A DNA stretch of 64,000 nt from an uncultured delta proteobacterium (lineage in GTDB: Bacteria; Myxococcota_A; Polyangia; Palsa-1104), in assembly GCA_963785725.1 (NCBI GenBank), contig CAWAWS010000029.1, positions 1 through 64,000 on the forward strand, in the 5' to 3' direction. Positions 1-10,897 of this stretch are shown here, one piece after another. The notes beneath the pieces are model-generated. The model did no database searches, was not told the origin of the DNA, and was given only the letters and a program-made list of their open reading frames with translations. Every line of letters begins with the position of its first letter. The stretch's first letter is position 1. A program made the translations under genes and the position numbers.

Positions 1-177
1 ACAGGAGCTCCGGCGCCTGCGGGCACAGCCCGCCCAGGCGCCGGCGCCGCAAGCGTGCCGCCACAGCCGCGCAAGCGGACCCCCCGCGCCCCAAGCCGAC
101 GACCGCCTCGCAAGTCGACCACCGGCGTCGCAAGCGTCGACCGGCGCGCCTTCATTATCGTCGATCGCGCGCACTCG

Positions 178-333
178 CGCCGTCAGTCAGCCTCGCACAC
201 TCGCGCCGTCAGTCAGCCTCGCGCGCTCACGCCGTCAGTCAGCCTCGCGCGCTCACGCCGTCAGTCAGCTTCGCGCACCCACGCCGTCAGTCAGCCTCGC
301 GCACCCACGCCGTCAGTCAGCCTCGCGCGCTCA
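178..333. repeat. Tandem repeat, 6 x 26 bp (CGCCGTCAGTCAGCCTCGCGCGCTCA consensus)
   Basis: Units start at 178, 204, 230, 256, 282 and 308, head to tail with no spacers; variation is mostly in the last 10 bp of each unit. Confidence 0.95.
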
Positions 334-384
334 CGCCGCCCGTCGGCCCCGCGCGACTGCGACCGCTAGCACCGCGCCACCCGG

Positions 385-1475
385 CTACAGCGCTTCACAC
401 GTCGGCACCGGCGCGTACCCCGGCCACGCTGTCGCGCACGCCAACGCTCGCACGCGAATGAACCCGGCCGCGCCGCCGCCGCCGCCATCGATCGTCCCCG
501 ATCCGCCGGTATAGAACGAGCCCGACATCGTCGCGCCATCGCCGGGCGGATTCACACCGCCGCCCGCGCCGCCGGGAACCTTGAGACGGAACGGATCCCC
601 CGTCCCGCCTTGGCCGCCCGACGCCGTCACGAATCCACCCGCGGCAACGTCGACCTGGCTGGCTTCGAGCAACAACGTTCCACCCGATCCGCCGCCGCTG
701 GCCGAATTCGCGTTGGGCGAGAAGCCAGGGAAGCCCGCCGTCGACACGATGCCCGACGCACCGATCGAAATCTCAGTCGCGCCCAACAACAGCGCGCCTC
801 CCGCGACACCACCGATGGCCGCCGACGATATTCCGGGCGGGAGAATAAACGGTTCCGCCCGGGCTGCCGAAGCACATCGGGTCGAGCTGCGGCGCCACGG
901 CCGCGCCGCCGTTGCCCGCGCCGCTCGCGCCGCCGCCGCCCATCGTCGCGCCGCCGGCGCCGCCGGCGCCGATTGCGCCGACCATCGAGTCCGTTCCCGG
1001 CGACAGCGTGTTCGTCGGAACCGGCGGCTCATCCGGATCAGCGGCGATCGTCTGGCTGGCGATGATCTCGCCTTGCACATCGATCCTGATCGGCGGCCAC
1101 GAGCGCGATCGCGTTCGGCCCTTGCAGCTTCACGACCGCTTGCGGCGCCACCTCCAAGTTGCCGAACGAGAACACCGCCACCGACGGCGCCGTCACCGTC
1201 GAGCCGGTGCAGGTCGCGGCCGTCGGCGCGCTCACGACGTAGCCGATGTTGTCGAAGACGACGGGCGTCGCCACGCGAATGACGAGCCCATCGCATTCGA
1301 TGTGTCCCGTGTCGCCGGCGATGGTGCACTTGCCGGCGAGCGTCGTCGTCCTCGTGCGATCGACGCCTTCCATGAGGTTGATGCCGTTCGACAACGAGAA
1401 GCCGGCCTCGACCGTGTTGTTCCCGGCGCACGACGACGCCAGTACGAGGAATCCACCGAAAAACGCGCTCTTCAT
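385..1475 (-). CDS. Secreted/lipoprotein Gly-rich hypothetical protein, split by two +1 frameshifts (~1085, ~818)
   Basis: ATG at 1475 with GGAGG upstream and signal-like MKSAFFGGFLVLASSC. The reading continues across three ORFs (1038..1724, 773..1078, 385..1431) into GGGSGGTLLLEA...GGGGGAAGFIRV. Removing 2 nt gives 363 codons. Confidence 0.7.
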
Positions 1476-1492
1476 CCGCGACCTCCAGCTTC

Positions 1493-1522
1493 TTGGTGTC
1501 GCGCTGTCGAAAGTCCTGACAG
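1493..1522 (-). promoter_or_regulatory. Putative ECF-sigma promoter CTGTCAGGA-N12-CGACAC-N-AA
   Basis: The same motif with identical spacing occurs at 3366..3395, upstream of the ECF sigma gene. Confidence 0.65.
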
Positions 1523-2794
1523 CTATTCGCCGAGCGCGCGTCGCGCGACGTCGGCGCCGGCGCCTTGTGGACGCAGGCGCAAATAGTGCTCGAGGTCGGC
1601 GCGCGCGCCGGCGCGATCGCCGACCCGCGCCGCGCAGCCGCCGCGACCGAGCAGCGCGCGCGCTTGCGTGTCGCCGTCGCTGCTGCGCGCCGCCGTCGTG
1701 AACGCGGTCAGCGCCTCGGGGCAACGGCCGGCGGCGGCGCTGATCTCGCCTTGCAAGAGCGCGACGCGATCGGCGGGCCCGGCGCCGTGCGCGACGGCGA
1801 TGGCGAGCGTCGCCAACGCCTCGTCGCTGCGATGCAGCTGCGCCAGCGCCTCGGCGCGAACGAGCGCCACCTCGCTCGCCAGCGCGCCCGACGGAAAGCG
1901 CAGCGCGTGGGCATCGGTCAGCGTCAACACGGCCGCGGCATCGTGACGGCGCAAGCGATCGAGCGCCAACGTCAACAGCGCGGTCTCGATGCCCAGCGTC
2001 GGCGCCGCGACCACGGTCGTGGCCGGCGCCGGCGAGCCCTTCGCGACCGGCGCTGCTTCCGGCGCAGGCGTCGTGTCTTCGCGCTCGTGTTCATTGCCGT
2101 TTTCCGCCGTCGGCTGCGCGCGCGCGGCCGTGTGCTCGGCCGGCGGCGTCGCGTCTCCATCGAGCGCCGCGTCGAGCGCGTGTGCGCGCGCCGGCGACGC
2201 CGCGACCACGCCGTGCGCGCCGCCTTCGTGTCCGGCGTCGACGCTCAGGCTGAACCCGGCCGTCCGCAGCGTCGCCTGTCCGCGATAGACGGCGACGCGC
2301 GTGTGATAACGGTGCACGCGAACCTCCACCAGCGAGCCCGCGGCGACGACGACTCGCCCATCGGGAACCTCGAGCTCCACCGAAGTCGCCGTCGTTCGCA
2401 GCGCGACGTCGCCCGCGGACACGACGCTGCGACCGCCCGCGATCGGCAGCGACACGCCGCTGCCGACGAGCGCCATGCGCGCCGGCGCCGGCACGCTCGC
2501 CACAGGCGGCTGCGCTGGCGACGGCTGCGCTGGCGACGGCTGCGGCACGCTCGCGACGACGATCGGCCGCCGTGCATGCGGCACGCGCAGCCGCCACGAG
2601 GTCGCCGCGAACGCGAGCAGCAGCGTGACCGCGAGCGGCACGAGCCAGCGCCGCCGCGTCCTCGGCGTCGCCGCGAACACGCGCCGCGCGATGCGCGCCA
2701 GCTGCAGCTCCGACAACGGCCCGGGCGCGTCGATTCGCCCAAGGCGCGCCGCGACGTCGGCCCACGACGCGTCACGTTGCTCGCGCGCGCTCAT
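1523..2794 (-). CDS. Putative anti-sigma factor (TM helix, FecR-like region, C-terminal TPR-like domain)
   Basis: ATGA overlap with the sigma gene stop; TM WLVPLAVTLLLAFAA; beta-rich VAVYRGQATL segment; C-terminal HALRFPSGALASEV...YLRLRPQG helical repeats typical of myxobacterial ECF partners. Confidence 0.65.
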   Translation of the reverse strand: MSAREQRDASWADVAARLGRIDAPGPLSELQLARIARRVFAATPRTRRRWLVPLAVTLLLAFAATSWRLRVPHARRPIVVASVPQPSPAQPSPAQPPVASVPAPARMALVGSGVSLPIAGGRSVVSAGDVALRTTATSVELEVPDGRVVVAAGSLVEVRVHRYHTRVAVYRGQATLRTAGFSLSVDAGHEGGAHGVVAASPARAHALDAALDGDATPPAEHTAARAQPTAENGNEHEREDTTPAPEAAPVAKGSPAPATTVVAAPTLGIETALLTLALDRLRRHDAAAVLTLTDAHALRFPSGALASEVALVRAEALAQLHRSDEALATLAIAVAHGAGPADRVALLQGEISAAAGRCPEALTAFTTAARSSDGDTQARALLGRGGCAARVGDRAGARADLEHYLRLRPQGAGADVARRALGE

Positions 2795-3354
2795 CGCTCA
2801 CCTCGCGTGCGACGCTCTTGCCGCTCGACTTCACGCGCGAGCTGCAGGCGACCGCGGCTCAACGTCGTCCACACCGTCGTCAACGTCAGCCCCTTTAGGT
2901 CGGCGATGTCTTCGCACGACAGCCCTTCGAGCTCGAACAGGATGAGCACGCTACGATAACGTTCGCGCAGACGATCGAGTGCGCGATAGAGCAGATCGCG
3001 CGACTGTCGCTGCTCCAGCGCCTCGAGCGGCGTCGGCTCGTTCGTCTCCACTTCGAGCGGCGCCGGCGACGTCCAGCGCAAGAGCCGCAAGATGCGCTCC
3101 TTGCGCCGGCGCGCGTAGACGACGTGCTCGGTGATGCCGTAGAGCCACGTCGTCAGCTTGCAGTCGCCGCGAAACGACGCGCGCCCGCGATGGACCTGCA
3201 AGAACACCTCTTGCGTCAGATCTTCGATGTCGACGCCGGGACCGCCGAGCCGCCCGATCCAACGGGCGACGCGCTGCGCGTGACGGCGATAGATCTCCTC
3301 GCTCGACAAGCCACGCTCGTCTGCGGTCGACTCCAGCACGAAGGGCGCACGCAT
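2791..3354 (-). CDS. ECF-type RNA polymerase sigma-70 factor
   Basis: Region 2 DIEDLTQEVFLQV...FRGDCKLTTWLYGI; region 4 LILFELEGLSCEDIA...TLSRGRLQL. An alternative start lies at 3399 (ATGA overlap with the upstream gene). Confidence 0.9.
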   Translation of the reverse strand: MRAPFVLESTADERGLSSEEIYRRHAQRVARWIGRLGGPGVDIEDLTQEVFLQVHRGRASFRGDCKLTTWLYGITEHVVYARRRKERILRLLRWTSPAPLEVETNEPTPLEALEQRQSRDLLYRALDRLRERYRSVLILFELEGLSCEDIADLKGLTLTTVWTTLSRGRLQLAREVERQERRTRGER

Positions 3355-3365
3355 CTCCTGTTGTG

Positions 3366-3395
3366 TTCGTGTCGGCCGGCGAAAAATCCTGACAG
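3366..3395 (-). promoter_or_regulatory. Putative autoregulatory ECF promoter CTGTCAGGA-N12-CGACAC-N-AA
   Basis: Twin of the motif at 1493..1522, directly upstream of the sigma gene. Confidence 0.65.
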
Positions 3396-4259
3396 TCATT
3401 TTGCGAAGTCCGCGCCCGCGGCCAGGAGCACCTCGAAATGCGGAAGCACGACGCGACCTTCCGCCGCCGCCGTTTGGACGGTCTCGACGCGCAGCCAGCC
3501 GAGCGCGCTGGCGTTCACGAAGGGCGCGAAGGCACCCCAAGCCCGCGAAAGTCGTACGCCTCCGCGTAATCCCGGATCGGCGTTGAAGGCGGTCGCGCCC
3601 GACGCGCGATCGCCGCGCAGGACGAGCAGCGCCAGGACGGCGTCGGCCTGTAGGTCGATGCGCCACACGCTGCCGAAACGCAAAGTCGGGCCGAGCGCGA
3701 GGGCGGCGCGGGTCCAGCTGGCGCGGCCGAAGCCGAGCGCGACCGAGCGGAAGTCGTCGCCGATGAGCGACAGTCGTCCCGCCCAACGTGAACGCGCCGG
3801 GCCGATCGCCAGCGACGCTTCAGCGCCGGCCGCGAGCGCGCCGTCATTGGCGACCGAGAGCAGCGCGGCGGCTGCGACCTCGTAACGCAAGCGCGTTCGT
3901 GGCGCGCGCTCTCGCTGCAAGGTGCCGAGCGGCGTCGGCGTGGTCAGCCGCGGGATCTCCGGCAGCCATTCGTCCGCCGGCCGCTGCCAAGTGGCAATGA
4001 CGACCGCCGCCGCGTCGGTCAGCTCGGCGCACGACGCGCCCGCGCGCGGCAGCTCCTTGCGCGCGACGAGCGCGCCGACGCCATCGCGCAGCGTGAGCAC
4101 GAGCGTCGCGTCGTCGCCGCCGACATGCACGACGCGCTCGGCCGGCGACGCGGCGGCGGGCGCGAGACGCGCGACGGCCGCCTGCAAATCGTCGACGCGC
4201 GGACAGGTGACGCCGGGATCGATCGCGAGCGAGGTGATGAGCGCGAGAGCGATCCACAT
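3396..4259 (-). CDS. Exported hypothetical protein with a beta-barrel-like C-terminal half
   Basis: Signal-like N-terminus, CP...C-containing N-domain, amphipathic beta-strands ending LAAGADFAK; first gene of the ECF unit. Confidence 0.65.
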   Translation of the reverse strand: MWIALALITSLAIDPGVTCPRVDDLQAAVARLAPAAASPAERVVHVGGDDATLVLTLRDGVGALVARKELPRAGASCAELTDAAAVVIATWQRPADEWLPEIPRLTTPTPLGTLQRERAPRTRLRYEVAAAALLSVANDGALAAGAEASLAIGPARSRWAGRLSLIGDDFRSVALGFGRASWTRAALALGPTLRFGSVWRIDLQADAVLALLVLRGDRASGATAFNADPGLRGGVRLSRAWGAFAPFVNASALGWLRVETVQTAAAEGRVVLPHFEVLLAAGADFAK

Positions 4260-4312
4260 GATGCCGGCCGCTCATTATACGCGCGATCGCCAGCCGACGC
4301 TTTAGTCGCCGC

Positions 4313-4681
4313 TCAGCTGCCGGTCGCGATCCAGCCGGTCCACGTGTCGGCGGCGAAGCCGACGGTCGCCTCTTTGCCCCAGCGCACGATCGGCGTCTTC
4401 AAGAGCAGCGGATCCTCGAGCAGCGCCTTCTCCAAGAGCGGACCCGAGAACGAGGCCACGCGCAGCCCTTTGTCGCGAAAGCGCTGCCCTTCGCGATCGA
4501 CCAGGTTGGTCACGCCGCCGACGCGCGCCGCCGCCGACTTGAGCTCGCCCGGCGACATCCCTTTTTCCTTTAGATCGATGAACTGGACCTTGATCGAACG
4601 CTCTTTGAACCAGCGCTCGGCCTTGCGCGATTCGGCGCATTTCTTGGTCCCGAAGATCTGCACGACACCGGTGATGGCCAC
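4313..4681 (-). CDS. ArsC/Spx/MgsR family protein
   Basis: QIFGTKKCAESRKAERWFKER, GMSPGEL, PLLLKTPIVR...ATVG. Confidence 0.9.
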   Translation of the reverse strand: MAITGVVQIFGTKKCAESRKAERWFKERSIKVQFIDLKEKGMSPGELKSAAARVGGVTNLVDREGQRFRDKGLRVASFSGPLLEKALLEDPLLLKTPIVRWGKEATVGFAADTWTGWIATGS

Positions 4682-4736
4682 GGCGCGAGTCTAAATCAGC
4701 GCGCGGCCACGTGCACGGCAGCGGCGCCCGTCGCGC

Positions 4737-4773
4737 AAAAAAAAGCGGCCCGCGAATCGCTCCGCGGGCCGCT
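4737..4773 (-). terminator. Rho-independent terminator of fusA
   Basis: Inverted repeat AGCGGCCCGCG/CGCGGGCCGCT with an 8-nt loop, followed by T8 on the minus strand. Confidence 0.85.
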
Positions 4774-4797
4774 GGCAAAACGCTAGTGCGACTACGA

Positions 4798-6929
4798 CTA
4801 ACGGCGCTCGGCCGCCTGCTTCTCGCGGTATTCCTTCATCAGCACTTCCTGCTCCGTCTTCGGAACCGGCGCGTACTTCAGGAACTCCATCGTGAACTCG
4901 CCCTTGCCCTGCGTCGCCGAGCGAAGGTCCGTCGAGTAGCCGAACATTTCGTTCAGCGGCACTTCGGCGGTGGCGATGACGTAGCCTTCGGCGTTCTCCG
5001 CTGCTGATGATCATGCCGCGGCGCTGGTTGATCTGACCCATGACGGCGCCCTGGAACTCTTCGGGCGCCTGGACTTCGAGCTTCATGATCGGCTCGAGGA
5101 CCATCGGCTTCGGCTTCGGCGTAAGCTTCGCGGAAGCGCCATGATCGCGGCCGTCTTGAACGCCTGCTCGGACGAGTCGACGTCGTGGAACTGCGCCGTC
5201 GTTGATGACGACGCGGACGCCGACGATCGGGAAGCCGATGAGCGAGCCCTTGCTTGACCGCTTCCTTGAAGCCCTTGTCGCACGCCGGGAATGAACTCGC
5301 GCGGAATCGATGCCGCCGGTGATGTCGTCGACGAACTCGTACGTGCTCGACGGCGTCGGCCGGAAGCGGCTCGATGTAGCCGACGACCTTGCGCGAACTG
5401 ACCCGAGCCACCGGTCTGCTTCTTGTGCGTGTAGTTGAACTCGGCCTTGCTTGCGTGATCGTCTCGCGGAACGCGACCTGCGGCTTACCGACGATGACTT
5501 CGCAGTTGTACTCGCGCTTCATGCGCTCGAGTAGATCTCGAGGTGAAGCTCGCCCATGCCCGAGATGATGGTCTGCGCCGACTCTTCGTCGCGATGCACG
5601 CGGAAGGTCGGGTCTTCCTTCGTGAAGCGGTTGAGCGCCTTCGAGAAGTTGACCTGCGCCGTCCTTGTCCTTCGGCGCGATCGCCAGCGAGATCACGGCG
5701 TCCGGGACGAGCATCGACGTCATCGTGTACGTTGACGTTGCCGTCGGTGAACGTGTCGCCCGACGCGCAGTCGACGCCGAAGAGCGCGACGATGTCGCCC
5801 GCCTGCGCCTCGTCGATGTCGTTCATCTCGTCGGAGTGCATGCGCACGAGGCGCGGGACTTTGACCTTCTTGCTCGTTCGACGGCAGTTGACGATGAAGT
5901 CGCCCTTCTTGACCGTGCCCTGGTAGATGCGCATGTAGGTCAGCTGACCGTAGCGACCGTCTTCGAGCTTGAACGCGAGGCCGACGAACGGCTTGTTCGG
6001 ATCGGATCTCGAGCACGACCTTCGCTTCGTTGTTGTCCTGGTCGAGCGCCATCGTTCGTCGACTTCGCGTCGGGTTCGGCAGGTAGTCGGCGACGCCGTC
6101 GAGCAGCAGCTGCACGCCCTTGTTCTTGTAGCGCCGAGCCGCATGAACACCGGCGTGAACTTGAGCGTCGATGCGTCGCCTTGCGGATGACCGGCTTCGG
6201 AGCTCGTCGGCCGTGACTTCCTGGCCGTCGAGGAACTTCTCGGCGACGGTGTCGTCGAAGTCGCCGACGGCTGCCGACGAGCTCGTCGCGATGCTTCTTG
6301 GCCTCGTCGAGGATGTCGGCCGGGATCTCTTCTTCGCGGATGTTCTCGCCGTTGTCGCCGTCGAAGTAGAAGGCCTGCATCGTTGACGAGATCGACGATG
6401 CCTTCGAACTTGTCTTCGGCGCCGATCGGCATCTGCATGATGAGCGGCGTTGTGCGCGAGCTTTTCCGCAGCATCTGCGACGACGCGGAACGGGTTGCGC
6501 GCCGGCGCGGTCCATCTTGTTGATGAAGCAGATGCGCGGAACTTTGTAGCGCTTCATCTGGCGGTCGACGGTGATCGACTGCGACTGCACGCCGGCGACC
6601 GAGCAGAGAACGAGGATGGCGCCGTCGAGAACGCGCAGCGAGCGCTCGACTTCGATCGTGAAGTCGACGTGTCCGGGAGTGTCGATGATGTTGATGTTGT
6701 TGTCGTCCCACTCGCAGTAGGTCGCGGCGGACTGGATCGTGATGCCCTTCTCGCGCTCGAGATCCATCGAGTCCATCGTGGCGCCGACGCCGTCCTTGCC
6801 CTTCACCTCGTGGATCGCGTGGATGCGGCCGGTGTAGAACAGAATGCGCTCGGTGAGCGTCGTCTTGCCGGAGTCGATGTGCGCCGAGATGCCGATGTTC
6901 CGAACCAGATCGATCTTCGTGTCCGCCAT
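4798..6929 (-). CDS. fusA: Elongation factor G (spd/mitochondrial EF-G1-like), many frameshifts in this sequence
   Basis: [77 protein letters not shown]. The protein is spread over many frames and there are no rpsL/rpsG/tuf neighbours. Confidence 0.93.
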
Positions 6930-6957
6930 TGCGATTCCTCTTGCTTTTGGAGCGCGG

Positions 6958-6986
6958 AATATACCCATTTTCGTCAGGAATGCCAG
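6958..6986 (-). promoter_or_regulatory. Putative sigma70 promoter of fusA (CTGGCA-N17-TATATT)
   Basis: Near-consensus -35/-10 with a 17-nt spacer, about 30 nt upstream of the ATG. Confidence 0.5.
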
Positions 6987-7420
6987 CCTTTTGCGCCTGA
7001 AAACGGCGGCCGCGACGCTGGCAATGATTACCCGTAGTTGAAATCGCGTAAGCGCCGACACCATCGGCGGCGCGACTCGGCTAGCGCAAGCAAGCCAGCC
7101 TCGATGTAGGCGCGCACCGCTGCGCGCGCACTCGGCCGCTACCGTGCGCCGCTGACAGTGCGCCATATGCGCGCCGTCGTCGGCCGCAGACCTTCATTCT
7201 CCAAATCAGCGAAACCGCGACGTTCGAATAAGGAAACTCGGTTCAATCGACATTTGCGGCTAATGCCAAAACTTGTCTCTCCGATATTCATTTTGGGTCC
7301 GATACCAGTGGAAGTGAAAGCAAATATCTCCGCCTCACCGACGGTGGACGTCGATGTGGTAGCGCGTTTGCTTTATTTATTTTTTGGTATTGCCCGTGAT
7401 ATTGTCGAGAGGCCGTGACC

Positions 7421-8128
7421 ATGACCAAACGCCATATTCACCTCTCTGCTACCGTCTGCTTCTTCATGCTCGGCTGCATCGGCGCGGAGGGCGCGGATGG
7501 GCGCTCGGGCGCGCTGGCCACGAGCGCCGCGTCCGACCCGGCGGCCGCGCCGACGCTGGTGCCGCCGGCCGCGCCCGACGCCTATCGGCTGCCCTGGGAA
7601 TGCGGCGTTTCCTATGTAGTTACACAGGGTAACAACGGCGACGAATGCGGCACGCTGGGCAATCACCAGGGCATCGAGCAGTACGCCTGGGACTTCGGGT
7701 TGCCGCTGCATACGCGCGTGTTGGCGTCGCGCGCCGGCACCGTGACGCTGGCCGCGACCTATTCGCCGCCCGGCAGCGGCTGTTTCGACGGCTGCCCCAA
7801 CGACAAAGGCGGCAGCGACCTGGAGCAGGAAGCCTGCTGCACCGTCTGCCTCTACGTCGCCAATCGCATCAACATCGCGCATACCGGCGGCGATATCTCG
7901 TCGTATTCGCACCTGTCGGAGGTGCTCGTCGAGGAGGGGCAGCACGTCGAGGCGGGCGACCTCATCGGCTACTCGGGCACGAGCGGCTGCTCGACCGGGC
8001 CGCACTTGCACTTCCAGATCATGCGCGGCTGCGACGACGGCTACTGCCAGTCGGTGCCGCTCAAGTTCGACGACGCCGCCGTCCCGGCCTGCGGCGACCA
8101 TCCGCTGTCGCAGAACGCCTGCAAGTAA
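7421..8128 (+). CDS. Cys-rich M23 family metallopeptidase, probable lipoprotein
   Basis: H..D motif NHQGIEQYAWDF, YSHL, GYSGTSGCSTGPHLHF; lipobox-like MLGC. Confidence 0.88.
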   Translation: MTKRHIHLSATVCFFMLGCIGAEGADGRSGALATSAASDPAAAPTLVPPAAPDAYRLPWECGVSYVVTQGNNGDECGTLGNHQGIEQYAWDFGLPLHTRVLASRAGTVTLAATYSPPGSGCFDGCPNDKGGSDLEQEACCTVCLYVANRINIAHTGGDISSYSHLSEVLVEEGQHVEAGDLIGYSGTSGCSTGPHLHFQIMRGCDDGYCQSVPLKFDDAAVPACGDHPLSQNACK

Positions 8129-8309
8129 CTTCCGCGCGACGCCGACGCTGTGCTCGCCGCTTCCGCTGTCGTTGCGGGCGAACGTCGGCGCTGCGAGATC
8201 TAGCCCGCGATAAACATTTAATACTGTTTTACGATCCGCCGATGGCCGGCCCGTCTGGGCGCCAGCGCGCGCCGATTCTTTGCTGGATCGCGACAGCCGC
8301 CGCCGCGCG

Positions 8310-8945
8310 CTACCGCGCCGCGTGCGGCTTCGGCGGCGACAGATCGATCACCTCCCGCGCCGGCTCCAGCAGCGACTCCTCGCGCCGGCAGCTCCACGGC
8401 TCACCCTCCGGCGCGTCGATCGTATCCCCATCGCTGACGACATCGCCCTCGTCGAACAGATAGCGCGCCGCCGTCGCCACGACCGTGCCCGCCAGCTGCG
8501 GATCCAAGCCGACGAAGTGACACTGCACGTCCGGCAGCCCCAGCGCATCCAGCCCCACCGTATCCACGACGTGCTCGTCTTCGACGCCGGTCTCGACGTG
8601 AAACAGCCGCACCTGCAGCGCGACGCGCAGCGGATCCGCCTCTTTCGCCGCCGCCGCCAGCACCTCCGGCGACACCAGGCGCGCCGCGGGCTTCCACCAG
8701 ATCGCGACACATTTCCGCTTCTTCGCCGCCGCCGCCACGTTGGCCACGAACGGCGCCAGCCGCTCCGGCGACGGCAGCTCGTCGACGATCGTCCAGGCCG
8801 CCTTCGCCGCCTTCACCGCTTTGGCGGCGTCGGGCCAGTCGCGCGCGTGCTCGATCGCCTCGGCCAGCGCCGTGCGCGGCGGCGCCGGCTTCACGCCTTC
8901 GTCGTCGCTCGCCTCGGCCAACAGCAGCACCACGTCGTAGCTCAT
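8310..8945 (-). CDS. DUF4261-like protein
   Basis: DTVGLDALGLPDVQCHF...ARYLFDEGDVVSDGDTI...EESLLEPAREVIDL. Confidence 0.7.
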   Translation of the reverse strand: MSYDVVLLLAEASDDEGVKPAPPRTALAEAIEHARDWPDAAKAVKAAKAAWTIVDELPSPERLAPFVANVAAAAKKRKCVAIWWKPAARLVSPEVLAAAAKEADPLRVALQVRLFHVETGVEDEHVVDTVGLDALGLPDVQCHFVGLDPQLAGTVVATAARYLFDEGDVVSDGDTIDAPEGEPWSCRREESLLEPAREVIDLSPPKPHAAR

Positions 8946-9029
8946 GCGCGGCACCTTAAAGGATTTCGGGAATGAATTCAGCGGCAAGTGAAAGCAGTTT
9001 CGCGCGCGCGTCGATGCTAAGCTCGCCGC

Positions 9030-10880
9030 ATGGCCACTGTCGCTTCAACGATCGTCGCTGCGGATGCGGCGCTGCCCGCGTGGGCCGACGAGCTGCGGCA
9101 CCGTTATCTGCGCGGCGAATCATCGCAGTTCGTCCTGCACGGCAATGTTCACGACCTGTTTTTACATGCGGGAAAGCTCTACACCTTGTCGGAGTTTCTC
9201 GCGCAGGTCCTGCTCGATAAGAATAAAGACACCATCGCGCTCTATAACGTTTCGACGGGCGTTCGCTTCGTCAAACGCAAGCTGAAGCTCGACGGAATGG
9301 AAGATCTGCTGCTGCAAAAGGAGCCGGCCAAAGTGTTGCCGCTCCTCGAGCGCGCGTTGACGACCGAAGATCGCCTGGCCGTCATTCTCGAGTATGCCGA
9401 TACCATCGCGCCCGCCGGCGATACCGCGTTCTCGACGACCGATGATCGCGCCGCCGGCGTCACCTTGCATCGTTGGTCGCTCTTGCGCGCGCTCGAGCAT
9501 GCGGACTCCGTCGTCTTATTGACGCTGGAGAATCTGTCGGAGCTGCATCCGAAGATCGTCTCCAATCCGCGCGTGGCGACGGTGCGCGTGCCGATGCCGT
9601 CGAAAGCCGAGCGCGCCGCGCTCTTGCGCTTCTTGGATTCGTCGTTGGCCGATGAAGACATCGAGCGCTTGTCGGAGGTGACGGCGGGCCTGAAATCGAT
9701 ACAGATTAAAGCGATATTGGCGCCGCCCGATAACGGGGCCGATGATATCGACGAGCGTAAACGTTATTTGATCGAGCTGTTATCGGGCGGAAAAGAAGCG
9801 ACGAAAGAAGTGAACGATCGCGCCGACAAGCTGGCGCAGATGACGCAAGGCATGACGCGCGAGGCGATCCGCAAGCTCATCGCGCCCGACGGCAAAGCGC
9901 CGCCCCCGTCGGCCGACGCGCGCGCCGAAATCGACAAGCTGGTGGCGGCGCGCAAACGCGAGATCATCGAGCGCGAATGTTTCGGCCTCATCGAATTCGT
10001 ACAGCCGCAACATGGATTCGATGTCGTCGGCGGAATGGAAGAGGTCAAAAAGGACTTATTGATCGTCGCCAAGAATATCCGCGAAGGAAAGCGTAATCGC
10101 GTTCCAATGGGCATCCTCTTTACCGGCCCGATGGGAACGGGAAAGACCTTCGTCGCCGAGGCGTTCGCGCGCGAATGCGGATTGACGACCATCAAGCTCA
10201 AGAACTTTCGCAGCAAGTGGGTCGGCGCCACCGAAGGCAACCTCGAGCGCATCTTGTCGGTGATTCAAGCCATCGGCCAGATCATCGTCATCATCGACGA
10301 GGGCGATCGCGCGTTCGGCGGCGGCGACGGCGATGGCGACGGCGGCACCAGCTCGCGCGTCATCGGCCGTATCAAAGAGTTCATGAGCGACACCGAGAAT
10401 CGCGGCCGCGTCTTGTTCCTATTGATGACGAATCGACCGGATAAGCTCGATATCGATATCAAACGCGCGGGTCGCCTCGATCGTAAAATCCCATTCTTGT
10501 ATCCGCAAACGGCCGAAGAAGTGGTCGGTATTCTGAACGCGCAGTTCAAGAAGAACAAAGTGAAGGCCGAGCTCGAGCCGACGGTTTCGTTATCGTTGGC
10601 GCAGAATATCGTCGGTTATTCCAACGCCGATATCGAGGCCATCGTCATGCTGGCCAATGACTATTCCGGCGACAATCCCGTGCGCGAAGATGATTTGGCA
10701 CGCGCCGTTAAGGATTATTTGCCGTCGCGCGATCTGCAGATGTTGGAATATATGGAATTGCTCGCCGTGTTCGAAGCTTCGAACCGGCGCATGCTGCCCA
10801 AGAAGTACGCCGATGTGCCGGTCGAGGAGCTGCAGCAGCGTCTACAAGCGCTCAAGCTGCAGGTCGGCTCGCGCCGTTAA
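9030..10880 (+). CDS. AAA+ ATPase (SpoVK/Ycf46/Vps4-like), with a degenerate N-terminal AAA-like module
   Basis: Walker A GPMGTGKT, pore loop KWVG, Walker [29 protein letters not shown]-terminal FVLHGNVHD. Confidence 0.9.
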   Translation: MATVASTIVAADAALPAWADELRHRYLRGESSQFVLHGNVHDLFLHAGKLYTLSEFLAQVLLDKNKDTIALYNVSTGVRFVKRKLKLDGMEDLLLQKEPAKVLPLLERALTTEDRLAVILEYADTIAPAGDTAFSTTDDRAAGVTLHRWSLLRALEHADSVVLLTLENLSELHPKIVSNPRVATVRVPMPSKAERAALLRFLDSSLADEDIERLSEVTAGLKSIQIKAILAPPDNGADDIDERKRYLIELLSGGKEATKEVNDRADKLAQMTQGMTREAIRKLIAPDGKAPPPSADARAEIDKLVAARKREIIERECFGLIEFVQPQHGFDVVGGMEEVKKDLLIVAKNIREGKRNRVPMGILFTGPMGTGKTFVAEAFARECGLTTIKLKNFRSKWVGATEGNLERILSVIQAIGQIIVIIDEGDRAFGGGDGDGDGGTSSRVIGRIKEFMSDTENRGRVLFLLMTNRPDKLDIDIKRAGRLDRKIPFLYPQTAEEVVGILNAQFKKNKVKAELEPTVSLSLAQNIVGYSNADIEAIVMLANDYSGDNPVREDDLARAVKDYLPSRDLQMLEYMELLAVFEASNRRMLPKKYADVPVEELQQRLQALKLQVGSRR

Positions 10881-10897
10881 CAGGAAAAGGAGACGAT

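Noticed and set aside
178..333. CRISPR array
   Set aside because: Repeats are contiguous with no unique spacers, and there are no cas genes.
4798..6929. Programmed frameshifting or genuine decay of fusA
   Set aside because: Too many indels, no slippery sites, protein otherwise conserved; the pattern fits a mixed-read consensus.
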